Below, in pieces: positions 1-9,358 of a stretch of DNA of 64,000 nucleotides. Below the pieces are notes generated by a model. The model worked only from the letters and a program-made list of their open reading frames with translations. It was not told the DNA's origin and searched no databases. The DNA comes from Arenicellales bacterium (GTDB taxonomy: Bacteria; Pseudomonadota; Gammaproteobacteria; Arenicellales; JAJDZL01). The position numbers were made by a program, and so were the translations under genes. Numbering within the stretch: position 1 is the stretch's first letter; each line of letters opens with the position of its first letter. The stretch is taken from assembly GCA_965219265.1 (NCBI GenBank), contig OZ244730.1:330501-394500 (forward strand). The letters run 5' to 3'.

Positions 1-1167
1 GGCGGAAATCTGACCGTTACGGTGTACATGGGAAATAAAAAAGGTATTTCCACAACGAACGACTTTAGCAATGCCGCGATTGCAGATACGGTGCGGGCTG
101 CTCGTACGATTGCGAAATTTACTGCTGACGACCCCTGTAACGGGTTGCCGCCAACAGATCGTTTGGCCCGCCAGATTCCTGAATTGGAGTTGTATCTGCC
201 GTGGAATATCGATCGCGACCAGGCACTTGAAATGGCTCTTGTCTGCGAAAATTCTGCTCTATCCAGTGATTCCAGAATCATGAATTCAGAAGGAGCAACG
301 TTTGGAACTTCTATAAGTGAATCAGCGTTTGGCAACAGCGATGATTTTCTCATCCATCAGCAGACGACTCGCCATGCTATGAGTTGCTCCGTTGTCGGAA
401 AATCTGCTGCTGGTATGCAGGGCGATTATTGGTTTGACGCTGTACGCGACCCGGCATTGCTGGATTCACCGCAATCCATTGGATTGATGGCGGCGAAAAG
501 AACTTTACGCAGACTTGATGCAAGACAAATCAGTACTTGCAGGGTGCCGGTACTGTTTGAAGCGCCCATAGCGTCCAATCTTCTATTGTGCTTGATCAGA
601 GCCATCACCGGCCCTGCGCTTTATCGAAAGGCAAGTTTTTTGCTGGATAGCATCGGACAGCAAATTTTCCCGCCATGGGTACGAATTCACGAACAACCGC
701 ATTTGAAGCGAACCTTGGGTAGTGCGGTAGCCGATGCTGAGGGCGTTGCAACGCAGTCGCGCGATATTGTTTCAGATGGCGTGCTGCAAGGCTATGTTCT
801 CGGATCATATTCGGCGCGCAAGCTTGGACTTGAAACAACCGGAAATGCCGGTGGCGTTTTCAACCTGACCATTGATTCAGGGAAGCGTGATTTCAACGAA
901 ATGCTGAAATTGATGAATCGCGGAATACTGGTGACCGAAACTATGGGTTTCGGGATCAATACGGTTACAGGAGATTATTCGCAGGGAGTGCGAGGCTTTT
1001 GGGTTGAAAACGGTGAAATGCAATATCCGGTTGAGGAACTGACAATCGCGGGAAATCTTCGCGACATGTTTCGATCAATTGTTGATGTTGGAACTGATGT
1101 AGATTTGCGCGGCAACACGAGAACCGGTTCGATTTTAATCGAAAACATGGTAGTTGCCGGTAAATGA
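1..1167 (+). CDS. pmbA: PmbA/TldE-family metalloprotease, 5'-truncated by the window edge
   Basis: Frame 1 is open from nt 1 (GGNLTVTVYM...), so the ATG at 22 is internal. The C-terminal block GFGINTVTGDYSQGVRGFWVENGEMQYPVEELTIAGNL is typical of PmbA/TldD proteins. Confidence 0.85.
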   Translation, partial: GGNLTVTVYMGNKKGISTTNDFSNAAIADTVRAARTIAKFTADDPCNGLPPTDRLARQIPELELYLPWNIDRDQALEMALVCENSALSSDSRIMNSEGATFGTSISESAFGNSDDFLIHQQTTRHAMSCSVVGKSAAGMQGDYWFDAVRDPALLDSPQSIGLMAAKRTLRRLDARQISTCRVPVLFEAPIASNLLLCLIRAITGPALYRKASFLLDSIGQQIFPPWVRIHEQPHLKRTLGSAVADAEGVATQSRDIVSDGVLQGYVLGSYSARKLGLETTGNAGGVFNLTIDSGKRDFNEMLKLMNRGILVTETMGFGINTVTGDYSQGVRGFWVENGEMQYPVEELTIAGNLRDMFRSIVDVGTDVDLRGNTRTGSILIENMVVAGK

Positions 1168-1247
1168 ATCGTTTCTTTGTTAGTAGATGAAATAACCTGC
1201 TAATAGTTTAAAATCTATCTTTTGTTCTTATTTATCCAGAATTTACC

Positions 1248-1574
1248 ATGCCGATTTACGAATACGTTTGCAGAGCTTGTAGTCACGAACTTGAGATTAT
1301 TCAGAGTATAAAGGAGAGTCCGCTTACTGAGTGTCCGTCCTGTAGCAAAATAACTTTGCGCAAGAAGCTTTCTGCAGCTGCCTTCCATCTGAAAGGTACA
1401 GGATGGTATGAAACCGACTTCAAAAACAAGGCAGACAAGAAAAAAGATAAATCAAATCAGTCTACTACCGATGCGTCTTCCGAGAAGGGCGAGTCGGGCT
1501 CTGACAAGAAGTCTTCAGATAGCAAAACGACCACTGCAGACAGCGCTTCAAGTTCTGGAGCAACCGCAGCTTGA
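1248..1574 (+). CDS. FmdB-family zinc-ribbon putative regulatory protein with a Ser/Asp/Lys-rich tail
   Basis: N-terminus MPIYEYVCRACSHELEIIQSIKESPLTECPSCS carries the CxxC...CxxC zinc-ribbon signature of the FmdB family. The gene is often found next to aspS. Confidence 0.8.
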   Translation: MPIYEYVCRACSHELEIIQSIKESPLTECPSCSKITLRKKLSAAAFHLKGTGWYETDFKNKADKKKDKSNQSTTDASSEKGESGSDKKSSDSKTTTADSASSSGATAA

Positions 1575-1599
1575 GCCATCGCATACCTTGAACAGTTCC

Positions 1600-3402
1600 A
1601 TGCGCACGCACCTCTGTGCGTCAATTCTCGAGTCCGATATTGGCAGTGAAGTTCAGGTCTGCGGATGGGTAAACAGCCGTCGCGACCATGGCGGTGTGAT
1701 ATTCATTGACCTGCGAGATTCCAGCGGCATCATTCAGGTCGTTGTGAATCCAGAGCAAACTGAGAGTTTTATGCATGCAGAATCGGTTAGAAACGAATTT
1801 GTACTGCAGGTTTGCGGGACGCTGCGCATGCGTCCTGACGGAACCGAGAATCCTTCCCTTCCAACCGGCAAAATTGAAGTTGTAGCAGACTCAATCGTCA
1901 TATTGAATAAAGCGGAAAATTTGCCTTTTCAGGTTGATGAAGGAGATGCCAATGAGGCGTTGCGTCTGAAATATCGATACATTGATCTAAGGCGCGAAAA
2001 AATGCAACGCAACATACGGCTTCGACATTCACTCATCCGCGAAATTCGTTCGTTCTTGGATCAGCGCTCATTTACGGAAATTGAAACGCCGATGTTGACG
2101 CGTTCCACTCCGGAAGGCGCTCGCGACTATCTGGTTCCGAGCCGTGTGCACACCGGATCGTTCTACGCACTGCCGCAATCCCCTCAGATGTTCAAGCAGA
2201 TGCTGGTAATTTCAGGTTTCGAGCGATACTACCAGATTGCCAGGTGTTTTCGGGATGAAGATTTGAGATCAGATCGACAGCCTGAATTTACCCAGCTTGA
2301 CGTTGAAATGGCTTTCATCAGCGAGTCAGACGTGATGAAACTGATGGAAGAAATGTATATTCGGATTTTCGATGTCGTAGGCAAATTTACTCTGCCTGCC
2401 AAGTTTCCGGTACTGACTTACTCTGAATCCATGCTTCGGTATGGAACCGACCGTCCTGATCTTCGAATTAATCTGGAACTCGTTGATTTGACAGATCTGA
2501 TGGCGAGTGAGGAGTTTCAAGTATTTCAGCGTGCCGCAAATATGCAGGGCGGGCGGGTCGCCGCTCTGAACGTGCCCGGTGGCAGCGCTTTGTCCCGCCA
2601 GCAAATTGACGAGTATACCCGTTATGTTGGTGAATTCGGCGCCAAGGGCCTCGCTTACATCAAGGTAAATGATCCGTGGCAGGGAACGGAAGGATTGCAG
2701 TCCCCCATTCTCAAGTTCTTGTCCGATGCGACTGTTGAGCAGACTGTGAAGCAATGTGCAAGCCAAGCCGGAGACATCATCTTCTTCGGAGCGGATTCCG
2801 AAAGTGTTGTCAATGCAGCTCTCGGAGCATTGCGGGTACGCATCGCAGAAGATTTAGGGTTGATTGAGCCGGGCTGGCAGCCGATTTGGATTGTAGATTT
2901 TCCACTCGTGGAATTCGATAGCGATAATCAACGCTGGCATTCGCTGCATCACCCGTTTACTGCACCCAAAGAGGAGCACGTAGACTTGCTTGGAGAAGAC
3001 CCAGGCGCCATACTGTCCCGTGCCTATGATCTGGTTTTGAACGGCGTCGAAATCGGTGGAGGGTCAATTCGAAACCATCGGCTCGACATTCAGCGCAGGA
3101 TATTTGAGATGTTGGGGCTTTCTCAGAAAAACATTGAAGCCAAGTTCGGATTTTTGCTTAACGCACTGACGAGTGGAGCGCCGCCCCATGGGGGCATTGC
3201 CTTTGGACTGGATCGGATTTCAGCGCTTCTGTCAGGCGAGAGTTCAATTCGCGATGTGATTGCATTCCCCAAAACGCAAAGAGCTTACTGTCCTGTTACC
3301 GATGCACCGAACGAAATCAGCAGCGAGCAGTTGAATGAGCTGGAACTTCGCATCAAATCAACGGCAGCGATTATGAGTCAAGTGCCCGGCGAAGGGGGTT
3401 GA
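1600..3402 (+). CDS. aspS: Aspartate--tRNA ligase
   Basis: Class II aaRS motifs are present (FYALPQSPQMFKQ, YYQIARCFRDEDLRSDRQPEFTQLD, GGGSIRNH, GLDRI). The ATG at 1600 (MRTHLCASI...) gives about 600 aa. The longer ORF from 1408 overlaps fmdB and is rejected. Confidence 0.95.
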   Translation: MRTHLCASILESDIGSEVQVCGWVNSRRDHGGVIFIDLRDSSGIIQVVVNPEQTESFMHAESVRNEFVLQVCGTLRMRPDGTENPSLPTGKIEVVADSIVILNKAENLPFQVDEGDANEALRLKYRYIDLRREKMQRNIRLRHSLIREIRSFLDQRSFTEIETPMLTRSTPEGARDYLVPSRVHTGSFYALPQSPQMFKQMLVISGFERYYQIARCFRDEDLRSDRQPEFTQLDVEMAFISESDVMKLMEEMYIRIFDVVGKFTLPAKFPVLTYSESMLRYGTDRPDLRINLELVDLTDLMASEEFQVFQRAANMQGGRVAALNVPGGSALSRQQIDEYTRYVGEFGAKGLAYIKVNDPWQGTEGLQSPILKFLSDATVEQTVKQCASQAGDIIFFGADSESVVNAALGALRVRIAEDLGLIEPGWQPIWIVDFPLVEFDSDNQRWHSLHHPFTAPKEEHVDLLGEDPGAILSRAYDLVLNGVEIGGGSIRNHRLDIQRRIFEMLGLSQKNIEAKFGFLLNALTSGAPPHGGIAFGLDRISALLSGESSIRDVIAFPKTQRAYCPVTDAPNEISSEQLNELELRIKSTAAIMSQVPGEGG

Positions 3403-3421
3403 TCATACAGGAGCTGGGAAT

Positions 3422-3889
3422 TTGTCACAGAGTTCAGAACCCTTGTACCGTCGGCCCGAGTCGGTATTGCTTGTGGTGCATACCCCACAGAGACAAACTC
3501 TTCTGCTCAAAAGAACTCCACCCCGTAGTTTCTGGCAGTCTGTCACCGGCTCTGTGAATTGGAGCGGTGAAACCCCAGTTCAGGCAGCACTGCGAGAACT
3601 CAGGGAAGAAACCGGCATCAAAGTCGGCGAAGACGATATCCACAATTGGCAGCGCCAGTTCAGATTTCTGATACCGAGAGAGTATCGGAATCGATACAGA
3701 CGAGAAGATCGGATGAACATGGAACATGTACTGTCGGTCTGTCTGCCGAATGTTGTAAGCGTAACATTGCAGTTGTCAGAACACACCGAATACCAGTGGC
3801 TGAGCATTGAAGCCGCGCAGAATGTTGTCTGGTCCTGGTCGAATCGAGAAGCATTGCTGATGGTGAGCGAATCCTTGCCTGACGGATGA
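3422..3889 (+). CDS. nudB: Nudix hydrolase, dihydroneopterin triphosphate diphosphatase-like
   Basis: FWQSVTGS...GETPVQAALRELREETGI (Nudix box) and C-terminal SWSNREAL match E. coli NudB. The position directly after aspS is the same as in E. coli. The start is TTG. Confidence 0.8.
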   Translation: MSQSSEPLYRRPESVLLVVHTPQRQTLLLKRTPPRSFWQSVTGSVNWSGETPVQAALRELREETGIKVGEDDIHNWQRQFRFLIPREYRNRYRREDRMNMEHVLSVCLPNVVSVTLQLSEHTEYQWLSIEAAQNVVWSWSNREALLMVSESLPDG

Positions 3890-4328
3890 TATTGCACCGA
3901 CTGCTTTTGCTCCCCAATTCACAGATAGGAACCCGGGTAAAAGAAGAAACCCTACAAGTATCATGTGTTATACATTTTAGCTATTTCACCCCCGCCTGAG
4001 TTGGCAGTTTATCAGACAAACTAACTCAGCGAAGCAATTGAGGAATGCTCGGCGTGAAGTCTTTGTCGCCGAGCATTCAGTTGGAATCTGAAGGTATTGG
4101 AGCTGTTGAATTCTGTCGCTCTTTTTTCGGCGAAACAGGATGCTTGAGACATTGAATTCTCATGACAGCTCGTGAAACTACCAAGTGTTTCCCACGCAGT
4201 CAATTTTGAATTGGTTCACTTCAGATCTGTGAGTCGACATTCAGTCTTTGCTCGGTTAATTATTCAACCGAGCCATTTTGCAGGGTGTCGATGCCAACAG
4301 AGAACGGCAGATAATCACCAGTTGTTTG

Positions 4329-4361
4329 ACTTTCTAGGTTTATGCTAAAAACCTAGAAAGT
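4329..4361 (-). terminator. Perfect 12-bp stem-loop 48 nt downstream of the 4408-4890 ORF
   Basis: ACTTTCTAGGTT (4329-4340), a 9-nt loop, then AACCTAGAAAGT (4350-4361). No clear U-tract follows, so terminator function is uncertain. Confidence 0.35.
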
Positions 4362-4407
4362 TAAAAGCGTGGGTATCGTTCGAATGATTCCGTCACCAGT
4401 ACGTACA

Positions 4408-4890
4408 TCAGTTCGAAGAATTCGTTTCACTCGGCGGCGATTCATTGAACACCAATCCCTTCGACAGTACCTCATCCCGTCGTTTAATCCAGTCAAGCCA
4501 GAGTCTGTTGGCTTCAGCGATGCCTTCGGACTTACCTTCAGCAATGCCTTCGGACCTACCTTCGGCGATGCCTTCAAGCCTGCCGTCAGCTTTGCCTTGG
4601 ATATAGCGTCTGAGTTTATATTTTTCTGCAATCATTTCAGACAACATGCGATATACCTCCGTTAGAAAAAATGCAAATGCCACATTGAACACAGTGACCA
4701 CCGACAATCCTTTCTCGACATTGATTATACTTTCAATGAACCTGGGCGGTGTTCCAGTGTACGACCATGTCACACAGATGGACATCATTCCCATGTTTAT
4801 GAAGAAAATCGTGAAGAAGGTTGCACGCCAAGCCTCGGTGACACTCCATATGGCAGTACGACCGACATTGTCGGATGTCTGTTTGTCCAT
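4408..4890 (-). CDS. Orphan hypothetical membrane protein with a C-terminal EGIAEG repeat region
   Basis: ATG is preceded by GGAGG 10 nt upstream. Two hydrophobic segments are present (FFTIFFINMGMMSICV and LSVVTVFNVAFAFFL). These are followed by GKADGRLEGIAEGRSEGIAEGKSEGIAEA and WLDWIKRRDE...NESPP. No family is recognised. Confidence 0.5.
   Translation of the reverse strand: MDKQTSDNVGRTAIWSVTEAWRATFFTIFFINMGMMSICVTWSYTGTPPRFIESIINVEKGLSVVTVFNVAFAFFLTEVYRMLSEMIAEKYKLRRYIQGKADGRLEGIAEGRSEGIAEGKSEGIAEANRLWLDWIKRRDEVLSKGLVFNESPPSETNSSN
4513..4596. repeat. 3.5 tandem copies of a 24-nt unit inside the 4408-4890 ORF
   Basis: The units are TTCAGCGATGCCTTCGGACTTACC, TTCAGCAATGCCTTCGGACCTACC, TTCGGCGATGCCTTCAAGCCTGCC, and a partial GTCAGCTTTGCC. 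On the minus strand they encode EGIAEG[RK]S. Confidence 0.85.
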
Positions 4891-5602
4891 AACTCAAAAT
4901 CCTCCATGTCCGTTTGTTCGCCATACCGGATTTCAGTACCGTTATGGCGAATTTGTGATGAAAGTGCTCAGTTTGCGAAAAGAATTTATAAATGCGACGA
5001 AAAATTCAATATCAAATTGGGCGGATTTATTTATTAAGCTATTTCAATGTCAAACCTTCCATTGAACATCTGGAAGAAGCGGATTGTTGATGGCGGAATT
5101 GAGTGCCTGTCCGCTCCTCATCATGCGTGTTTTATAAGTCCCGAATGAAGCTTCGAAGCGGACACTGATAAATCAATTTCTTGACTGAATCGAAGCAGTC
5201 AGAACAATTTCACTTTCTCTTGTTCAAGTTCCAGATCAAGTGGATTGGTAGCTGTGCTCGCAATATGCGCTTTCAAAGAGGATCGATAGGTGCACCAAAA
5301 TGGTACACAAGGGGAGGTGTGGATTAAGGATAGGTGTGACTGGTGAGCCAAGGTTTGATTGAAAGTTAATATTTTCTTGCAGACAACTCTGTACGGTGAA
5401 AACAATCGGTGTGATCGGGAACAATCAGAGGAATGTCACAGTTCAACAGAACACTTGCTTGTCTCCCAGTCTTGAAAATAAAGGCGCTATTGCCCTTAGG
5501 TAGCGAATTGAGCAGGATTCGCCATGATAAATCTCACCGCAGTCCATCATGCCGGACAACCGTGAGTGCTTCAATTCCAGGACAATTTACTGACTGATAA
5601 AA

Positions 5603-6028
5603 ATGATTGATCCGATGAATGACAGACTAAATTTACACTTGGTCAACTCACCAATGCTCTATTGGTGCGATGTTGGAATGGCGTTACATATTGCATGTCA
5701 AAATGAACCTAACGGTGTTCATCTTGAGAATATCGTTCTGCAGGACTTGCTAACTTGGCGCGCTGGCAGAATCGATCGCGCCGAAATTCACTATTGGCGT
5801 ACAACTTTGGGGGAAGAGGTTGATTTTATTATTGAAGTAGGTGGGCGGGTTTTGCCGATCGAAGTCAAAACGAGTAAACGACCGCATATCGGTGATGCAG
5901 CCAAGCTGCGGTTTTTTCGACGGGAATATGGTCATCTCGCCCGTTCCGGATTACTGTTGCACACCGGTGACGAAATGTCATGGCTTACCGATGATGTGCT
6001 GGCAGTGCCGTGGTGGCGAGTAATATGA
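5603..6028 (+). pseudogene. 3' fragment of an AAA-ATPase/DUF4143-family gene (C-terminal ~140 aa of a normally ~400-aa protein)
   Basis: SPMLYWCDVG...HLENIVLQDLL...IHYWRTTLGEEVDFIIEVGGRVLPIEVKTSKRP...LRFFRREY matches the C-terminal DUF4143 / restriction-endonuclease-like module. There is no P-loop domain and no Shine-Dalgarno (SD) sequence. An in-frame TGA lies 4 codons upstream of the ATG. Confidence 0.6.
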
Positions 6029-6397
6029 ATGAAGAATCTCCGCTGATTTCAGATCGGTTTCCTTGAATTCTGCTGAATATCTAAGCCAGTTCCACATCTG
6101 TTTCTTGAATTTGTAACTGACAGTTTAAAAATTGCGTTTCACAGTTGCCAAGGTGCACGACAGCAGCACCAAGATAGGCGGTTGTGTTGTGGTGTAGTGA
6201 AAGTTTATCTAGAAATTCCCTTGGCAACCGTCTGAACTAGCTTTGACCGGAGCGAAATCCTCACGCAATAACCCGATTCACTTGCCAATTTAAGCTTTAT
6301 TAATTTCTAACGCGGATTTTGGGGTGCTGATTTGCAATATTCACCCCTATCGAAAGTGATAAAATAAAATGGATAAAGTCAAATCACTTTTCTTCTT

Positions 6398-7126
6398 ATG
6401 GCCGGACATAGTAAATGGGCGAATATCCGGTTTCGAAAAGCCGCTCAGGATAGCCGTCGCGGGAAACTTTTCTCGAAACTTATCAGAGAGATCACTGTAG
6501 CTGCGAAGTCAGGAACTCCCGACCCTGAGGGTAATCCTCGTCTTCGTTCTGCCATTGACAAGGCGCTTGCCGCCAATATGGGTCGAGACGTGATCAATCG
6601 AGCGGTGCAACGCGGCTCAGGAGATTCCGGTGGAGATGGATATCAGGATGTGGTATATGAGGGATACGGGCCTGGTGGAGTTGCCTTGTTAATTGAGTGC
6701 TCGACCGATAATCGAAATCGTACCGTCAGCGAAGTTCGCCATGCCCTGTCAAAACATGGCGGAAATCTCGGTACCGAGGGGTCGGTATCCTATTTGTTCA
6801 ATCGGGCGGGTTCCGTTCAGTTTGCCGCTGGAAGCGACGAAGAACAGATAATGGATGTGGCTGTGTCGGCTGGTGCAGATGATATCGATACTCTGGACGA
6901 TGGCTCGATCATGGTGTCAACACCGATAGATTCGTTTTATGAGGTCGTCGAGGCTGTCGAAAATGCCGGGCTGGAATACGACGAAGCGAGCATTGAGCAG
7001 CGTCCGACTACTTCTCTTGAAATAGGAGATCAATTAATGGAGCGCGTTGTCAATCTGATCGATGTAATTGAGGAGCTTGACGATGTCCAGGATGTCTATA
7101 CCAATGCAACATTCACTGCAGATTGA
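6398..7126 (+). CDS. yebC: YebC/PmpR-family DNA-binding transcriptional regulator
   Basis: MAGHSKWANIRFRKAAQDSRRGKLFSKL is the hallmark N-terminus. The gene sits immediately upstream of ruvC. Confidence 0.95.
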   Translation: MAGHSKWANIRFRKAAQDSRRGKLFSKLIREITVAAKSGTPDPEGNPRLRSAIDKALAANMGRDVINRAVQRGSGDSGGDGYQDVVYEGYGPGGVALLIECSTDNRNRTVSEVRHALSKHGGNLGTEGSVSYLFNRAGSVQFAAGSDEEQIMDVAVSAGADDIDTLDDGSIMVSTPIDSFYEVVEAVENAGLEYDEASIEQRPTTSLEIGDQLMERVVNLIDVIEELDDVQDVYTNATFTAD

Positions 7127-7129
7127 TGG

Positions 7130-7663
7130 ATGACAAGAATACTGGGAATTGATCCGGGCTCTCGGGTAACCGGTTACGGAGTGATTGAGTGCAGATCTGA
7201 CCGCATTCAGCACGTCAGTAGCGGTAGCATCAAGCTGCCAACCGGTGATTTGCCGGAACGCTTAAGTGAAATCTATCACCAAATTACAGATGTAATCTGT
7301 AAGTATGAGCCTCAAATTGCAGTAGTTGAACAAGTGTTTGTTTCTGTCAATCCTCAATCTGCGCTGCTGCTGGGGCATGCACGTGGAAGTGCAATCGTTG
7401 CGTGTGCAGCAAGCGAACTCGAAATTTATGAATATGCTGCGAGACAGATCAAGAAATCAATTACCGGCAGTGGTTCAGCCGCAAAGGAACAAATTCAGTA
7501 CATGGTACAGATGTTGCTGCGTTTAAAAGAGGTGCCCGACCAGGATGAAGCAGATGCGCTGGCTGGCGCCATTACACACTTTCAGCATATGCCGATACTG
7601 GATCCGGTGCTGAGATCGCGTCGTCGTAAGACGCCTTTGCAGCGGATTGCGTCAGTTACTTGA
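7130..7663 (+). CDS. ruvC: Holliday junction resolvase RuvC
   Basis: ILGIDPGSRVTGYGVI, VVEQVF and EADALAGAI motifs; lies in the ruv operon. Confidence 0.95.
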   Translation: MTRILGIDPGSRVTGYGVIECRSDRIQHVSSGSIKLPTGDLPERLSEIYHQITDVICKYEPQIAVVEQVFVSVNPQSALLLGHARGSAIVACAASELEIYEYAARQIKKSITGSGSAAKEQIQYMVQMLLRLKEVPDQDEADALAGAITHFQHMPILDPVLRSRRRKTPLQRIASVT

Positions 7664-7681
7664 TCAAACAGCGAGCGCGTT

Positions 7682-8284
7682 GTGATTGGATATCTGCGTG
7701 GCTCCATCCGGCAAAAGCGGGCTTCATATGTCTTGCTGGATGTGAATGGGGTGGGCTATGAAGTCAACGTTCCTGCAACCATAGTACAGGAAATGGATGA
7801 TATAGATGGACAGGCGGAACTTCATATACATACGCATGTACGAGAAGATGCTCACACGCTGTTTGGATTTACCGGTCAAGCTGACCGAGACTTATTTCGT
7901 GTGCTGATTAATGTCAGTAAAATCGGACCGCGAACGGCGCTCGGAATTCTATCCGAAATGAAAGTGTCCGAACTGGTGGCATGCGTCCAACTTGAAGATC
8001 CTAGGTCACTTGAAAAGGTGCCAGGAATCGGTAAAAAAACTGCCACAAGACTGCTGCTGGAACTACGGGATAAAGTCGGTCAATTTCCGGTAGACAATTT
8101 CGATGCTCGGGACCCGTCAACCGCGGCTAGTGACATCGTACTTGAAGCGACTGAGGCACTGATTGAACTGGGGTATTCTCACCGGGAATCAAGACGCGTG
8201 GTACTGTCAATTCGAGACAATGCCGATAGCACCGAACAGGCAGTCGTGCTCGCGCTTGCTTCTCTGACTACAGCTTCGCCGTGA
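7682..8284 (+). CDS. ruvA: Holliday junction branch-migration complex subunit RuvA
   Basis: MIGYLRG...VNGVGYEV...LFGF and the helix-hairpin-helix segment [18 protein letters not shown] start. Confidence 0.95.
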   Translation: MIGYLRGSIRQKRASYVLLDVNGVGYEVNVPATIVQEMDDIDGQAELHIHTHVREDAHTLFGFTGQADRDLFRVLINVSKIGPRTALGILSEMKVSELVACVQLEDPRSLEKVPGIGKKTATRLLLELRDKVGQFPVDNFDARDPSTAASDIVLEATEALIELGYSHRESRRVVLSIRDNADSTEQAVVLALASLTTASP

Positions 8285-9300
8285 ACGATACCATTCGACC
8301 AATCTCACCAGCGCAGATGGATGAGACCGAGGGGGAATTTGATAGAAGTCTTCGGCCGAAAGTGCTTGGTGAATTCATTGGGCAGAGCAGAACCAAAAAA
8401 CAGCTGAAGATATTTGTCGAGGCTACTCTCCAACGTGGAGAAGCACTGGATCACGTCCTGATTTTCGGGCCACCAGGACTTGGCAAGACAACCCTCGCGT
8501 ACATCATTGCGAACGAATTGAAGGTTGATTTAGTACAAACTTCGGGACCTGTGCTGGAACGTCAGGGCGACGTTGCCGCGATGCTTACCCGGTTGCAGTC
8601 AGGGGCTGTACTGTTCGTCGATGAGATTCATCGACTGAACCCGGTTGTAGAGGAAGTGCTGTATCCTGCAATGGAAGATTACAGAATCGATATCATGATC
8701 GGCCAAGGACCAGCGGCGAAATCGATCCAGCTCAATCTGCAGCCATTTACGCTGGTAGGCGCTACAACAAGAACCGGCCTTCTTACTTCTCCGTTGCGCG
8801 ACCGATTCGGTATCGTGCAGCGTCTTGACTACTACAGTACCGATGACATCGCAAACATAGTAATACGCTCTTCAAAAATTTTATCTATCGATACCGACTC
8901 TGATGGCGTTGAGGCGATAGCGGAACGCTCTCGCGGCACACCACGCATCGCCAATCGGCTATTGCGTCGAGTGCGCGACTATGCACAGATTGAAGGGAGT
9001 GGGAAAATTGATCGATCAACAGCGCAGTATGCACTGGAAATGCTGGAGGTAGACATCTGCGGGCTGGACGTGCTGGACCGAAAATACTTACAAATTCTAG
9101 TTGAGAACTATCAGGGCGGGCCGACTGGTGTGGAAACGCTTTCGGCTGCTATCAGCGAAGAGAGAGGAACGATCGAAGATACGATCGAACCTTATCTGCT
9201 GCAACAGGGCTTCATTCAACGTACGCCGAGGGGCAGAACAGCGACGCCAAAAGCGTGGAAGCACCTTGGAGTCTCTCGCAGACATCATACACTCCTGTAA
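8281..9300 (+). CDS. ruvB: Holliday junction DNA helicase RuvB
   Basis: [12 protein letters not shown], Walker [10 protein letters not shown], Walker [10 protein letters not shown], and [16 protein letters not shown]. Confidence 0.97.
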   Translation: MNDTIRPISPAQMDETEGEFDRSLRPKVLGEFIGQSRTKKQLKIFVEATLQRGEALDHVLIFGPPGLGKTTLAYIIANELKVDLVQTSGPVLERQGDVAAMLTRLQSGAVLFVDEIHRLNPVVEEVLYPAMEDYRIDIMIGQGPAAKSIQLNLQPFTLVGATTRTGLLTSPLRDRFGIVQRLDYYSTDDIANIVIRSSKILSIDTDSDGVEAIAERSRGTPRIANRLLRRVRDYAQIEGSGKIDRSTAQYALEMLEVDICGLDVLDRKYLQILVENYQGGPTGVETLSAAISEERGTIEDTIEPYLLQQGFIQRTPRGRTATPKAWKHLGVSRRHHTLL

Positions 9301-9358
9301 ATGAACAAATCGCCATTTAGTACAATTGGACCAACGGAACTGGAATCTGTTAAATTGA

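Noticed and set aside
1408-1599. A 64-codon N-terminal extension of aspS overlapping fmdB
   Set aside because: The extension is the +1 frame of the fmdB tail and has no AspRS similarity. The canonical AspRS N-terminus (MRTHLCASI...) starts at 1600.
1600-3402. Inferring a non-discriminating AspRS and an indirect Asn/Gln-tRNA pathway from aspS and gatCAB occurring in the same window
   Set aside because: The inference is plausible by analogy with Pseudomonas. It depends, however, on whether asnS/glnS exist elsewhere in the genome, which this window cannot show.
4021-5424. Small ORFs in the islet (4021-4203 minus, 4369-4665 plus, 4646-5065 plus, 5199-5405 and 5236-5424 minus)
   Set aside because: They lack SD sequences, several start at non-ATG codons or overlap the better-supported 4408-4890 gene in antisense, and none shows a recognisable motif.
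4107-6071. A shared 10-mer TTGAATTCTG at 4107-4116 and 6062-6071 as possible direct repeats flanking the islet
   Set aside because: A single 10-nt match between two regions of ~400-500 nt is expected by chance at an appreciable rate. The match does not extend, and it does not coincide with the islet borders.
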